DNA of 55,211 nt from Girardia tigrina (taxonomy: Eukaryota). Both the position numbers and the translations under genes were made by a program. The stretch lies in the NCBI GenBank assembly GCA_001938485.1, contig MQRK01188983.1, positions 1 through 55,211 of the forward strand. Direction: 5' to 3'. This document shows, piece by piece, positions 27,111-38,854 of the stretch (position 1 is the stretch's first letter; the number at the start of each line of letters is the position of its first letter). The notes under the pieces are model-generated. The model was not told the origin of the DNA. It ran no database searches and saw only the letters and a program-made list of their open reading frames with translations.

Positions 27111-27839
27111 CATTAACTGCACTATATATTTTATGCAGAAAGTGAAATTTGAAGAAAGATCGTGTTTTCAAAAATTCCATATGTTGACGAATGGTGAGAT
27201 CATTAGGGGAAAAAAGAAATATGTGATTTTAATAGACCGAACGAAATCCATTCAATTTTTTTGATGTTTTAACTTGCTATGGCACTATATAGGTAAACTT
27301 CGTTTGAAAAATCATTTGTTTTATTGGTTTGAAATTTTTTAATTTAAAATTTATAAAATAAATTTTAAAAATAGATGAAAAATCGAAAAGTTTTGAAAAA
27401 TTTTAAAGAATCTCGTAAATTTTAGAAAGAATTGAAAAATTCCAGTAAATTTTGGAAAAAATTAAAAATCTAATAAAATTTTTAGATTTATTATTAGATT
27501 TTTCATTTATTTTAGAAATTTTAAATTGTATTAAAATATAAGTTTAAAAAAAAATAATACTGGGACTTACCAATTGACTGAGATTTAATTATCTGCAACT
27601 TAAAATAATGACAAAAATTTTAATTTATGACAACTTAATTTTCTGTGACTTAATTGTCGTGTCCTTTTAAAAACGATGTCGGAACATAAACCGAGAAGTA
27701 CTGATGATTTATTGAAAAAACATATCCCGATCTCATTAATTTTCTAATGTTTTTTTTTTAAATTAATTCCATCCTGACTACAAAGCTTTCAAATTTCCAT
27801 TCCTATCGCTAATGATTAAATAATCTTAAATAATAGTAA

Positions 27840-27918
27840 ATAAAGATATTAATCGTCCATCTGGGTCGGGGAGACACTACTCAAAAACAACATACCTCAT
27901 TCAAACACTAAATACACA
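27840..27918 (-). mobile_element. Partial copy of the TG..TA family
   Basis: CCATCTGGGTCGGGGAGACAC core motif followed by the CAACATAC/CAAACAC tract. Confidence 0.65.
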
Positions 27919-27925
27919 ATATTAA

Positions 27926-28280
27926 AGAACAGACGTCCTTTTGCATTTATTAATAAATAGTAATTATTATGTTTTTTCTTTATATTTTTATTGAATTTTT
28001 AATTTTTTTCTTTTAGTTGTTTTTGTGGCATTCCAAACAATTCAAGCGTATTTCGATGATCAATTGTATTCCCGGTAAAGATAATTTAATTTACGTTTAA
28101 TCGATCATTTTTAATGAAATGACATCTAAAATATATTTTTTTTAATATTTATTTTATTATTTTAGAGACGCCGATAACGGTTTTCGGTAATTTTATATCT
28201 ATTTACGTATTAAGAGAAGTATGATTGTTCATAAGAGGTTTCGTTAATTAATTATTTTATATTTATATTTTTTAGTATGG
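27926..28280 (+). CDS. Candidate micro-exon gene (or pseudogene) for a small secreted peptide; no start codon found
   Basis: Exons ..27959, 28017-28074 and 28166-28186 (21 nt), possibly 28217-28237 (21 nt, weak GAG acceptor), splice to RTDVLLHLLINIVFVAFQTIQA-YFDDQLYSRDADNGFR(SMIVHK). Confidence 0.4.
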
Positions 28281-28589
28281 TAAATAAAAAATTAATTTCT
28301 TGTTATAAACAATTCAAAGGCAAATAAAAATAGTTGAGTAAAAATAAAATAACATGACATTCTTGAATAATGAATATTTACATTTTATCCAATTTTTGAT
28401 CTAACAATGATACTTCCATTACATTGTTTGCCATTTTTTATATTTTTTCTTACGTTTTCGTAAAATTTAAAATCATTTAAAATTATAATTAATGCATGAA
28501 GTACATTTATTATGTACATTTATTACGTCAAGTACGGAAAGTAGAATGGCAATTTCATGTGAAGTTATCTTCTACTTATTAAGAATTAA

Positions 28590-29140
28590 CACTGAGCGAT
28601 ATGCCGTTTTGTTCATCCACCTTTCGTTCATCGCAACCCGTTCATCCCGCGTTCATTCATCCAAAATTTATTTTATTCTTACATGATAAATAGAAGGAAC
28701 AAATGTTAATATGTAATACAGTCCCTCATCATTTCTTAACTGGGCTTGGGACCACCTTTGACAGATTTACTTTTTTGTTTCTTTTAATTTCTTTTTTTTC
28801 TTTTTCTCTTTTTTCTTTTTTGTGTAAGGTAACATTTAAAAACGACAAAACAGTTTAACGCATTATACAGTTACGTGCATAAAAATAGTAATACTCATAC
28901 ATCTTAGAATGTAATTGAAAAAACTTTTTTATCTTTATAAAAGAAAGTTAAATTCAGTTGAGTTTAAAAGTAGATATAAAAGTTAGCAGAAAAAATGAAA
29001 ACAAAAATACATCTTAATTTAAAGAAATTCGGGACAAATGAACGCATGATAAACGAACATGGAGGAATGAACCAGGAATGAATGAACAGCGGATGAACGA
29101 AACCTAAACATAATGAGCAAGGGCGGACAATTAGGATTCC
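28590..29140. mobile_element. Foldback/Mutator-like element with inverted subterminal repeat arrays
   Basis: Repeated GTTCAT(CC) units at about 28610-28662 face repeated (GG)ATGAAC units at about 29038-29100; exact TIR and TSD not resolved. Confidence 0.5.
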
Positions 29141-29161
29141 ACTACCCTTAAAATTAAAATA

Positions 29162-30713
29162 CCGTGTTTCCCCGAACGTAAGACAGTGTCTTACTTTCTT
29201 TTTATCCCTAAAAACTCCACTATGTCTTACTTTCGGGGTATGTCTTATATTGGGAAAAAATTGTCGAATTTTTTTGTTTTAACCATAAAATTAACATTTA
29301 TTAACAACCTGAATAGTATTGTATTCACCACAAAACAGGTTAATAAAAGGAAGTGCCCAGAATGTCTTGTTACAACATTGCATAACATNNNNNNNNNNNN
29401 NNNNNNNNNNNNNNNNNNNNNNNNNNNNNNNNNNNNNNTGCATAACATGTAAAACAATGAAAAATGGTAAGAACGAACAGTGGAATATTGGAAGATAAAA
29501 CAGATTTATTCCATGACAACCATGTCATCATTCTCTGGGATATCATCATAAACATCCACACACTTAGGTTCCTGTGGATTTTCTTGGGACTCTCGGGACG
29601 ACATTTCTTGCCGAATCATTGCCCCATATTTCTCCTGGGTAGCAACGGCACTGTCCTGAAATGAGCAGGCTTTGTCCAGGTAGCCAGCTCGCAGTGCATT
29701 TGCAACGCAGGTGTTAGTGATCTTATTCCAAGAATTCTTTACCCAGTTAACAATNNNNNNNNNNNNNNNNNNNNNNNNNNNNNNNNNNNNNNNNNNNNNN
29801 NNNNTTTTTTGTTTTAACCATAAAATTAACATTTATTAACAACCTGAATAGTATTGTATTCACCACAAAACAGGTTAATAAAAGGAAGTGCCCAGAATGT
29901 CTTGTTACAACATTGCATAACATGTAAAACAATGAAAAATGGTAAGAACGAACAGTGGAATATTGGAAGATAAAACAGATTTATTCCATGACAACCATGT
30001 CATCATTCTCTGGGATATCATCATAAANNNNNNNNNNNNNNNNNNNNNNNNNNNNNNNNNNNNNNNNNNNNNNNNNNNNNNNNNNNNNNNNNNNNNNNNN
30101 NNNNNNNNNNNNNNNNNNNNNNNNNCTGTCCTGAAATGAGCAGGCTTTGTCCAGGTAGCCAGCTCGCAGTGCATTTGCAACGCAGGTGTTAGTGATCTTA
30201 TTCCAAGAATTCTTTACCCAGTTAACAATCTCTGGCAGTCTGGGCTTCATAAAGTTCCCACGTATATTTCTCTCCATTCGGTTTTCAATGTAGTCATTGA
30301 TTTCCACACTTGTAGTCCTCCTTGTAGTCTTCCTCAGCTGCATCTTGCAGTTATAATAAGAGTTGCAGAGAATCTCTTCACACCCTACCCTCCCCCTCCT
30401 TGGTCTCTCTCTGTATGACCAGCACTGACCTTTTTCCGGGAGGACACAGAGCCAGTGACACCTGTCGGCAGACTGATCAAAACGGCGCTGTCTTTTCAGT
30501 CGATGGGAGGGCACTGGCCTGGCACCCCTCCAGGGTGCGGCCCGCACCCCCAGCCCCACTCTTTGTACCGCACGTCACTGGAGGAAAATCCCCCGTGTTT
30601 CCCGAAAGTAAGACATATGTCTTACTTTCGGGGTACGGCTTATATTAGCTGACCCTTCTGAAACTCCCGATACGTCTTACAATCGGGGGTGTCTTACTAT
30701 CGGAGAAACACGG
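29162..30713 (-). mobile_element. pogo/Tigger-like Tc1-mariner element, internally deleted
   Basis: TA|CCGTGTTTCCCCGA ... TCGGAGAAACACGG|TA with repeated GTCTTAC subterminal motifs. Minus strand encodes the pogo DDE C-terminus RGNFMKPRLPEIVNWVKNSWNKIT..VANALRAG. Confidence 0.88.
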
Positions 30714-30939
30714 TAGATACATCATGGAAAAAATTGTTAATATAACATGAAATATTTAAGATTTCTTTTTAAAAGATCCCATGGAAAAAGATACTGCAAA
30801 TGTACAGCAGAAATCTATAAAACTGAACATTAAGTTATAAAAGTTTATGAAAATAAAATATTAAAAAGCATAATATTATTGTGTAATTCTTATGTTAAAG
30901 GAAAAACCAATTGAAAATTACCTCTGACAAGTTACCTCA

Positions 30940-32800
30940 GTCTAGTTTTCTAAGGAAGCACCAGTTTGGGGAAGCGTTCATGTGTCAGATCATGACGCAC
31001 ATTGAAACCACTCTGAGTCTCTACATGTCAAAGTTTAAACACGAATCAAGGAAATCAAACGTTCCAGGAGAATTAAGTTCCATGAACATGATATCTGGAA
31101 CCTACAACAGAAAATGTCTTATTGCGACTCTTATTTTGGATACTCATGGTGTTATCTTTGATGAAAAAACTCCATACTACCCTCTGCAGACTACTCTGAT
31201 CTTATGTATAAATGCCGATATGTTCGTCAAAACGAGGCATGTGGCTTCTCTTGATACAAGGCGCCAATTCACAAAAGTGTAACATCCATACGATTTTTGA
31301 AGAATAGTAGATCTGGACCGTTAAATAATCCTACCTACAGTTTAGAACTCGCCTTAATGAGTTTACCTCTTTAGATATATGGAAAAACATTTGTGTTAAA
31401 AACAGTAAACACAAACATAAACACAAAACAAAACATACCTAATTGTAATGGGCAAAGCGTGTTTTAGACTTGAATTTTTAATAGATTTTCTGTTGCGAAA
31501 GTAGTTGGTCAAGGGGTAATGCCCAAATATTGATATTTTACTTTCTTTTCAGTAGTCTTGAGAGTTTTAAAAAGAACACAACCGATTTTCATCTACTGGC
31601 ATCATACCGCCAGCGTTATCAATGTCACGACAGTAATTTGACGCACTAAGTAACGTTAGCAATTATCTTTGAGTTAAATCAGATAACGCATTTCAAGAAA
31701 TTCTTATTCTCCTGATGGGGTCGAAATCCTTTGTGATTTTGTGTACATTTGGAAATATAAATAAACTTGATTGGTCTAAAGATTATTCAATAATAATTTA
31801 TTTAATTTCACAAATTAAGTAAAAACACACTTATTGTGATCGATTCTATTCTCACGGAACTATATGAATTATTCTTTAATATACATACTATACAGAAAAA
31901 GATTAATCTTCGAAAACCTTTTTCGTATGCGCTGGGAGTGGGTGGTGTCGAGTATATCGACAATAAGTACAGATAAAATAAATAAATTATTTATTTAAAC
32001 TAGTGCAATGGCTCTTAGTAAATTGAAATATTTCCTTTGAAAATGAAACCAAAACCAAAATTTAATATAGCAGCAGGGGATTAATGTTTTGGTTTGATAT
32101 TACATCCCTTTGAGAACAGATATTTTCAACTTGTAATTGGGAAATCAAATTAGATTCTTTGATAAATCTCATTTCCTTTTTTAAAAAGCGCTCAAAATAT
32201 TGTTTTCCAAACTTTTTGTCAAAAATCTTTTTTATAAATAGAAAAATTTCTAATTTTATAAATAATACTAAAGTCACAAATGTAATTTATTTATCTTTAG
32301 CAAACTGCCATTACATTAAGTTTCGAATATCTTTATAATGTGAAAATGATTTATTTGCAAGGGTACCTGACTTTGCCTTTCCAAGATAAATATGGCGAGG
32401 CTTTTGGTAGACTGTGTACCATTTAGAAGTTCTGCTGTAAGCATTAAGGCTTTCAGAAGAATTTCTTTAACTGACATTAATATTACATCATAATATTAGA
32501 AATAACCCCTTAGAGGATTATATTCCCCAAAATTAAGAAAATGTAAATAAATTCTTTTTACCAAAATCTTCCAGAAGGAAACAAAGTCAATGATTCAAAT
32601 AATTTAAGTTTTAGTCATTTATTTTGATAGATTGCTTTTTGAGAAAAATGAAATAAGAAAGTTAAAAGGAAACTTAGTATAGCATATCTGTTATGGTCTC
32701 AATAGCAGAGCAGTGGGAACGTAAATGTAATAGAGACCAAGAATATTCCGGCCGACAGGTACAGAGAGGAATTCTCCATCGATTTCCCTTGAGGAGTTCT
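30940..32800 (-). pseudogene. Decayed EGF plus multi-kringle protein gene
   Basis: Minus-strand pieces LCTCRPEYS (EGF-like, about 32740-32770), ASNYCRDID (kringle NYCRxxD, about 31620-31645), KVKYQY.GI, HFCELAPC, PNWCFL; splice-like borders; many stops. Confidence 0.5.
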
Positions 32801-33399
32801 TTTACACGTATATTTTTGTACACGTATAACAAGATCTTCACTTCTCTTTTCTATACATTTTTGTAACATCAATATACCCCCTACGTCTCATCAAGATAAG
32901 TAATGGTGTCCTCATCCTTGACGTTTTTTCAAAATAGGTAAAGGTTACTATTGAATTGTAAACCATTTGAATCCGATTGAATACGACACGAATCTCTGGT
33001 TCAATGATAATTGACTCGGGTGACCCAAAACCCACTCCTGATGTTGAGTCTTCTAGTGATAATAAAACAAAACATAAAAAAAAGTTAACTTTTCCATCAG
33101 TTATTTTATCAAAGAATATTTTGATGTGCATGATAACAATCGTCATCCACTTACCATTCTCGTCCTCCGATCTCTAGACCCCGTTGAGGTAATCGGAGAG
33201 ATGACCCTCCAGGTCTGCTTGTTCCATGAGACTCTGCTGAATCAAGTCATCGTCTCTCTGGAGTGCTGTCGAGATTCTGGTGGACTCATGCATGATGTTT
33301 GATCTTGGACATTCGACCCTCATCGCTGTGATAAATGTTCGATTGACAATCAAACCATTTTTCCCACAATCATCGAGTATAGCTCTAAGAAGAGCCATT

Positions 33400-33875
33400 T
33401 TTCGTTTTATGGCTTTATCTAAGCAATCGTAGCATTCTCTTCTTTCGATACGACATCTCCACGATAAAACACGCAACACTTCATATATTTGTCACGACGA
33501 GGATCCCATTTCACCATTTGATTAGCTGACTTAAAACACGTTCAGGTAATTTTAGCAACACTTAATTGTTCATGATAGACTTTCTCTGCTGAAATAAATT
33601 ATAAAAATGTTGCTGGTTGAAAATGAACATGAGGATAAGGGACTAAATTGGTTTGAAACTCAAATCAACAGCCATCGCATCGTAGAGAAGCAACAATAGA
33701 ACTAATGATTTGGCAAACCAAACTATTCAAACAAGTATAAATTGGCTTTGCGATATCCAATTTTCCAGTGGCGTGAGTCGTGAGAATTGTATTGTAAGGT
33801 TCAAAAATGGTAGTGGAAACATGAGGCGTGGAAAATTCTAAGATATTCCATTATTTCGATGGTAAAAGAAAACAT
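33400..33875 (-). pseudogene. TUBA: alpha-tubulin fragment (roughly the middle third) with deletions and stops
   Basis: [83 protein letters not shown]. Confidence 0.92.
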
Positions 33876-35618
33876 CTAAACATATTTGATGGTCATATTT
33901 TAAAAATGCTTTTAATAATTTATTTATCAATAGTATAAATGTGAACTTAAGAAAGATATTCTAATTATACAAGAATTTTGTTTCCCTTGTGATTAATAAT
34001 CATTAAATATTTGTTAATAAGGAAGTGAAGACTCAGAGCAAATTGTGCATTAAATATACCTCCATTTTATTTTGTCGATCATTTTGATGTTAATTAACTT
34101 TCACTGAACTTTATATAGGATATAAGAAGTGTTCGAGTCGCACTTGATACTGCTTCAAATGTTTATGCTCAGGTTTGGTTTGTTTGAGGGTAAAAACTAA
34201 TGTTCAGATCTTGTTTCACTTTTAAGTAAAAATAAAAATATCGAATTAGATCTTTACACAATACAAAATAATTTGTGTGGAAACTTTTAAAGGTTGTATT
34301 GCGTGAGTAAATTATATGAAAGAAGGGAACGCCTCTCAACACTTTACCAACAAAAAGTAATGATAACAGAGAAGTTATCTGATCATATCTTCGGAGAGGC
34401 ATTCTTTCATAGATAAAAACGCAATATGGCTTAACAAAGGATAAATATTTAACAATAAATTCGGAAATAATCTCAGTTTACCATCTAAAATTATATACTT
34501 TCCTTCAACTTCAATGGATATGTAATGTCCTTCAGAAGTAATTATATCACACTTAACACAGAAGATTATTTGAGAAGTAATTATAAGAATTTGAAAAAAG
34601 AGAAATTTTATATTTTAATTTAATTTTATTTTAATTATTAAATTTCTAATATTTATAATATGCAACATTTCGGTTTTGGTTCGAAAATAATATTTAATCT
34701 TTCAAGACTTTTTTGTGAGTTTTATTGAAAAGAATTCTCTCTGCAACTTTTACAATTCTATTCGAAATTACAAAACATTGTTCTTATTGAAATAATAAAA
34801 GTAAAATATTTTGACAACGATTCCTTTAAAACAGAATTTTGTATCCAAAATAATAATAATAATTTGTATTATTATGAGGAGTAAGTTAAAATTTTCAATT
34901 TGTCAAATAACTTATTAGTATGATTAATTTAAAATAAACAAACAAAAATTAAATTAAATTTAAAATAAAATAAAAATTACATAAAGGTTAAAAATCTAAG
35001 AAGTAAAAAAATGATTTAAAAAAACAAAAACTGTATAATAATTAAAATAAACAAAAATCGTAAGTTAAAAAATTTAGATTAATTAAAACGATATATTTTA
35101 AAAAGAAAATTTGTTATAAATAAGTTAAATATTTTTTTACAAAGAAGTAAATTCAAGAGATACATTTTAAATAGTGAAAGTTTAATAAATTTATACAAAG
35201 TAGAAATTTAATTTTAAAGAAAATAGAATAAATAGATTGTGGCAAAATGATTAAATTGGATTAACGATCAAAAATTTGTTAAAATTTGTGTGAAATTTTT
35301 GTGTGAAATTATTAATTTTAATCTTGAATCATTGGAGAACTTGCCAATGCAACTAACAATAATAATAATAATAATAACAAAGAAAAATAATAATAATTTT
35401 AACATAAATCCGTTATTAATAATACTATATGTATTTAAAATAATATATGATAAATTATTACATAAATAATTTATTTATTAAATGATTAATAAAATTAAAT
35501 TATTTATTATTATTTCAACCTGTCTAGACGTATACTTATACATGATACTTATGTGTAAAAATCATATAAAATATTATAAGATTATTTATTTATAATTTAT
35601 ATATACATATAAATAGAT

Positions 35619-35660
<42 letters not shown>

Positions 35661-36130
35661 CAGTGAATATTTTAATATTTTAATGAGAATTTTACTGAAA
35701 GAAAATTTAGCTATGAATTTCCTGAAAATGAAAAATATTTGAGATATATTTTTCCAATATTATTTTATATTTTTTTATTTTTGTAAAAAAAAGAAAAAAA
35801 TAAATTATTCTTTGATTGATATTTCTTTGCAAAGTTTAAACCGAAAAATTAATTTCTTCAATCAACGAGTAATTAAAGTAATTTATGACCATTGTATATG
35901 TGAATATTTATAAATATATTTTTCATAGAAAAAATCAAGAAACAAATGTGTTTAGTTAAGAAATAATTGATGCATTAAAATTGTTGTGAAAATATTCATT
36001 GAAATTTTTACCCAAACAACTAAAAGAAAGTTATTTTTCCTTTTCTTAATTAATAAAGAATCAAATAATATTTATTAAAAAAATGAAATTTTGTTTAAAA
36101 AATTTTTAATTATTTAGAATGGATGAAAAA

Positions 36131-36275
36131 TACATGGTGACGTCAAAAGTTCGTAGACTAACCTACTAAAAAACCCCAACGAAATCCAAAATACCTGTTT
36201 TTTTAGGGGTCACATGGAAGTTATAAGAACAAGCTACTTTTCCACGCAGTCTCCTTCATTCTCAACGCACACATA
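36131..36275 (+). mobile_element. mariner-like 5' end fragment
   Basis: TACATGGTGACGTCAAAAGTTCGTAGACT TIR-like start; abuts and truncates a TG..TA family copy. Confidence 0.4.
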
Positions 36276-36409
36276 TCACAAACAGAATTGTCATTACAAC
36301 AATTATTCAAACCACTTTCACTATTCGACATTTTTCTGTATTATATTTCGGATTTTCTACCTAATTTTTTTAAAATAAATGAAAATTTTTTAATATTATT
36401 TATTAATTA

Positions 36410-36918
36410 GGGGTCGTTCATAAACTACGTCACGCGATTTTTTCCGTTTTCATATCCCGCCCCCCCCATCGTCACAACTCGTCACAAAATATTATACACC
36501 ATATAAAACTTCGTCACATATTTCGGAGTCCTTCCTCTTTTTAAATAAAAAAAAATACTTAAACAAAAACATTTCAAATTAATTCAGGTAAACAAAAATA
36601 TATATTAATTCATTTAAAACAAAGGAAAAAAACAAAACCATACTGGGACATTAAACATAGTAAAAAATATAATAAACATTATTGATCTTCCTAATTAAAC
36701 ATTATTCCCTGGCTGTGTTATGATATCTCAAAACAAAATTTTTCACTATCAATTTATTAATTTTATTGTAAGTGCATCAGGAGACGATTTTTTGATATTT
36801 TATGATTTTTTGAATGTGACGTCACATTTCAGAATACCCCCCTTCCCTATCATCACACATCGTCACAGCCAAATGAACCCCCCCCCGTTAGTGCGTGACG
36901 TAGTTTATGAACGAACCC
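36410..36918. mobile_element. PIF/Harbinger-type MITE
   Basis: TTA|GGGGTCGTTCATAAACTACGTCACGC ... GCGTGACGTAGTTTATGAACGAACCC|TTA. The empty site with a single TTA is visible in the paralog near 43135-43150. Confidence 0.9.
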
Positions 36919-37238
36919 TTATAAAGATTCTAATTGGTTAACAGTAAATCTAAACATTTTTAAAAAGTATTAATTAATCTAATATATTAAAATTATTAAT
37001 TACATTAAAAATTAAATATTACATTCGAAAATTTAAATATGACAGTTGTGATTATTAATTTGTTTAAGTATTTTAAAAAGATTGTAAATATTAAATAAAT
37101 TTTACTTGTTGATATTATGAATTCTGAAGTGAAACCTGGAGATTTAACTGGACACCACGCTGGTGTTCCAATAAAAGTTTTGAGGATTCCTAAACTAGAA
37201 CTGCAATCAATCTTTAAGGAAACCCTCAAGAAGAAAAT

Positions 37239-38761
37239 GAAGGAGTACAATGGAGTGGATTCTGAAGAAGGTCAAATATGGTGTAGAGACATATGTCAAT
37301 GCTCAGAATTTTTGGGTTAACATTAACGGAAATGTGTAACTATTTGTTGATAGGCGAAGCGAAAATTCTTTGGGGGAATGAAACAGAAGAGGATAAGAAA
37401 CCAATGTCAGATGTGGAATCCAAAAATTGATTCTAGAAAACATTTATGAAGAAAGTACCGCTGTTGGAAGAATTGGAAAAACTAAGCCAAATTTGTCAAG
37501 GTGAGTATTAAGAACACCAATTTGACTTTTTATATTTTTATTTAAACAACAATTTTGATTGTCCTTATGACAATCTTTGTCAAAACTTTCGTACATTTGC
37601 ATTCTAAACGAAAATGATTAATGAATTAATTCTCATTATTTTTCAGCAAATGGGGAAATAATTATTTTATTAAAATATTTACTCAAAACATATTGGATAA
37701 TAATTAAAATGATTATTTATTATTTAAAAAATATTAATTTGATTTATTTATTAAATATTATAAAAATTAATTAACTTATTCAAAATTTTAAAATTATTTG
37801 AAATTAAAAATAAATTTAAACATTACATATTTTTAGATAATAAGAATTAAAATATTAATCATCCATCTGGGTATGAGAGACACAATCCCAAATCAACATA
37901 CACATTCAAACACAAAACATCAAACATTCAAATATTCCTCACAGTGAGAATGAAAGATTCTTAACATTCAAATTAAGGGTTCGGAAAACAATTGAAAATT
38001 TTAGGAAACACAGCGATGAAGAAATTTTGAATGAGCTTTTGAAAAAGCGGATAAAATCTCATGTTCTGAAGAATTGATTTGTTTTCAAACCTAACATCTC
38101 GGTGGACGAAATGAGAGCGGAAGCTAAGATTTATGAGGACAACATATCAAAAGAAGAAAGAAATGATGTTTTAGCCGTCAAAACATCGTATGCAGAAATG
38201 GCAAAGAAAGACAAACATCAAGTTAGAAGATATGAGAATCCTGAACATAGAAGAAATACAGCTCGAATAAATGAAACAAACGATAGGCAACCAATATTAA
38301 GAACGAAACGTACAATACCATCGGAAAGATTTAATAAAAGTACTGAGAGAGGATCCAGTAGAATGTCAGAAGATAAACAACAATATAATCGCCCGGTGCA
38401 TTCGGCTTGGTACGAAGCAAAGAAGTTATATTGCAAAATAAAGAGAATAAAATTAAGAATAAAATAAAAGAATAAAAATCCGACTCCAGAAGAGGAGCAT
38501 TTAACCAGAGGGGATTGTTATTGTTGTGGAAAACATGTGCATTTGAAGAAGGATTGTCCTTTAAATAATAGATGTTTAATCTGTGGAAAAAGTGGACACG
38601 GGTTCAGAAACTGTAATCATATTAGGAATGTTAATATAGTATACATCAAAGATGTGTACAATGAACAAAACGTGGATATCGTATCATATAAAGATGAATA
38701 TGAAGATGATTTGAATGCCAGAGACTCCATGGTGAGCATTTCGTCTGTGGAATCGGCATAA
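37239..38761 (+). pseudogene. gag: Gypsy gag with two CCHC zinc knuckles
   Basis: CYCCGKHVHLKKDC and CLICGKSGHGFRNC; stops and frameshifts; interrupted by the insertion at 37506-37943. Confidence 0.85.
37506..37943 (-). mobile_element. TG..TA family copy inserted in Gypsy gag
   Basis: GTGAG|TATTAAGAAC ... ATTCCTCACA|GTGAG perfect 5-bp TSD; 438 bp. Confidence 0.92.
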
Positions 38762-38854
38762 AATATACAACAAATCGAATTGCAGAGATAGTAGAGTAGT
38801 CAGATTGTAAATGGTGGAGCGATGTTAAGCTGAACAATCACAATGAACAATCCA

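Noticed and set aside
29270-30227. Tandem duplication inside the pogo-like element (about 29270-29754 vs 29805-30227)
   Set aside because: Copies look identical and are interleaved with N gaps; most likely a scaffolding artefact.
33174-33479. 101-aa minus-strand ORF
   Set aside because: Its first part is an off-frame reading of the tubulin pseudogene fused to an unrelated, possibly RT-derived scrap.
37940-37946. CACAGTG RSS heptamer suggesting a RAG/Transib system
   Set aside because: Created by chance from the element end CACA plus the TSD GTGAG; other copies lack it and there is no nonamer.
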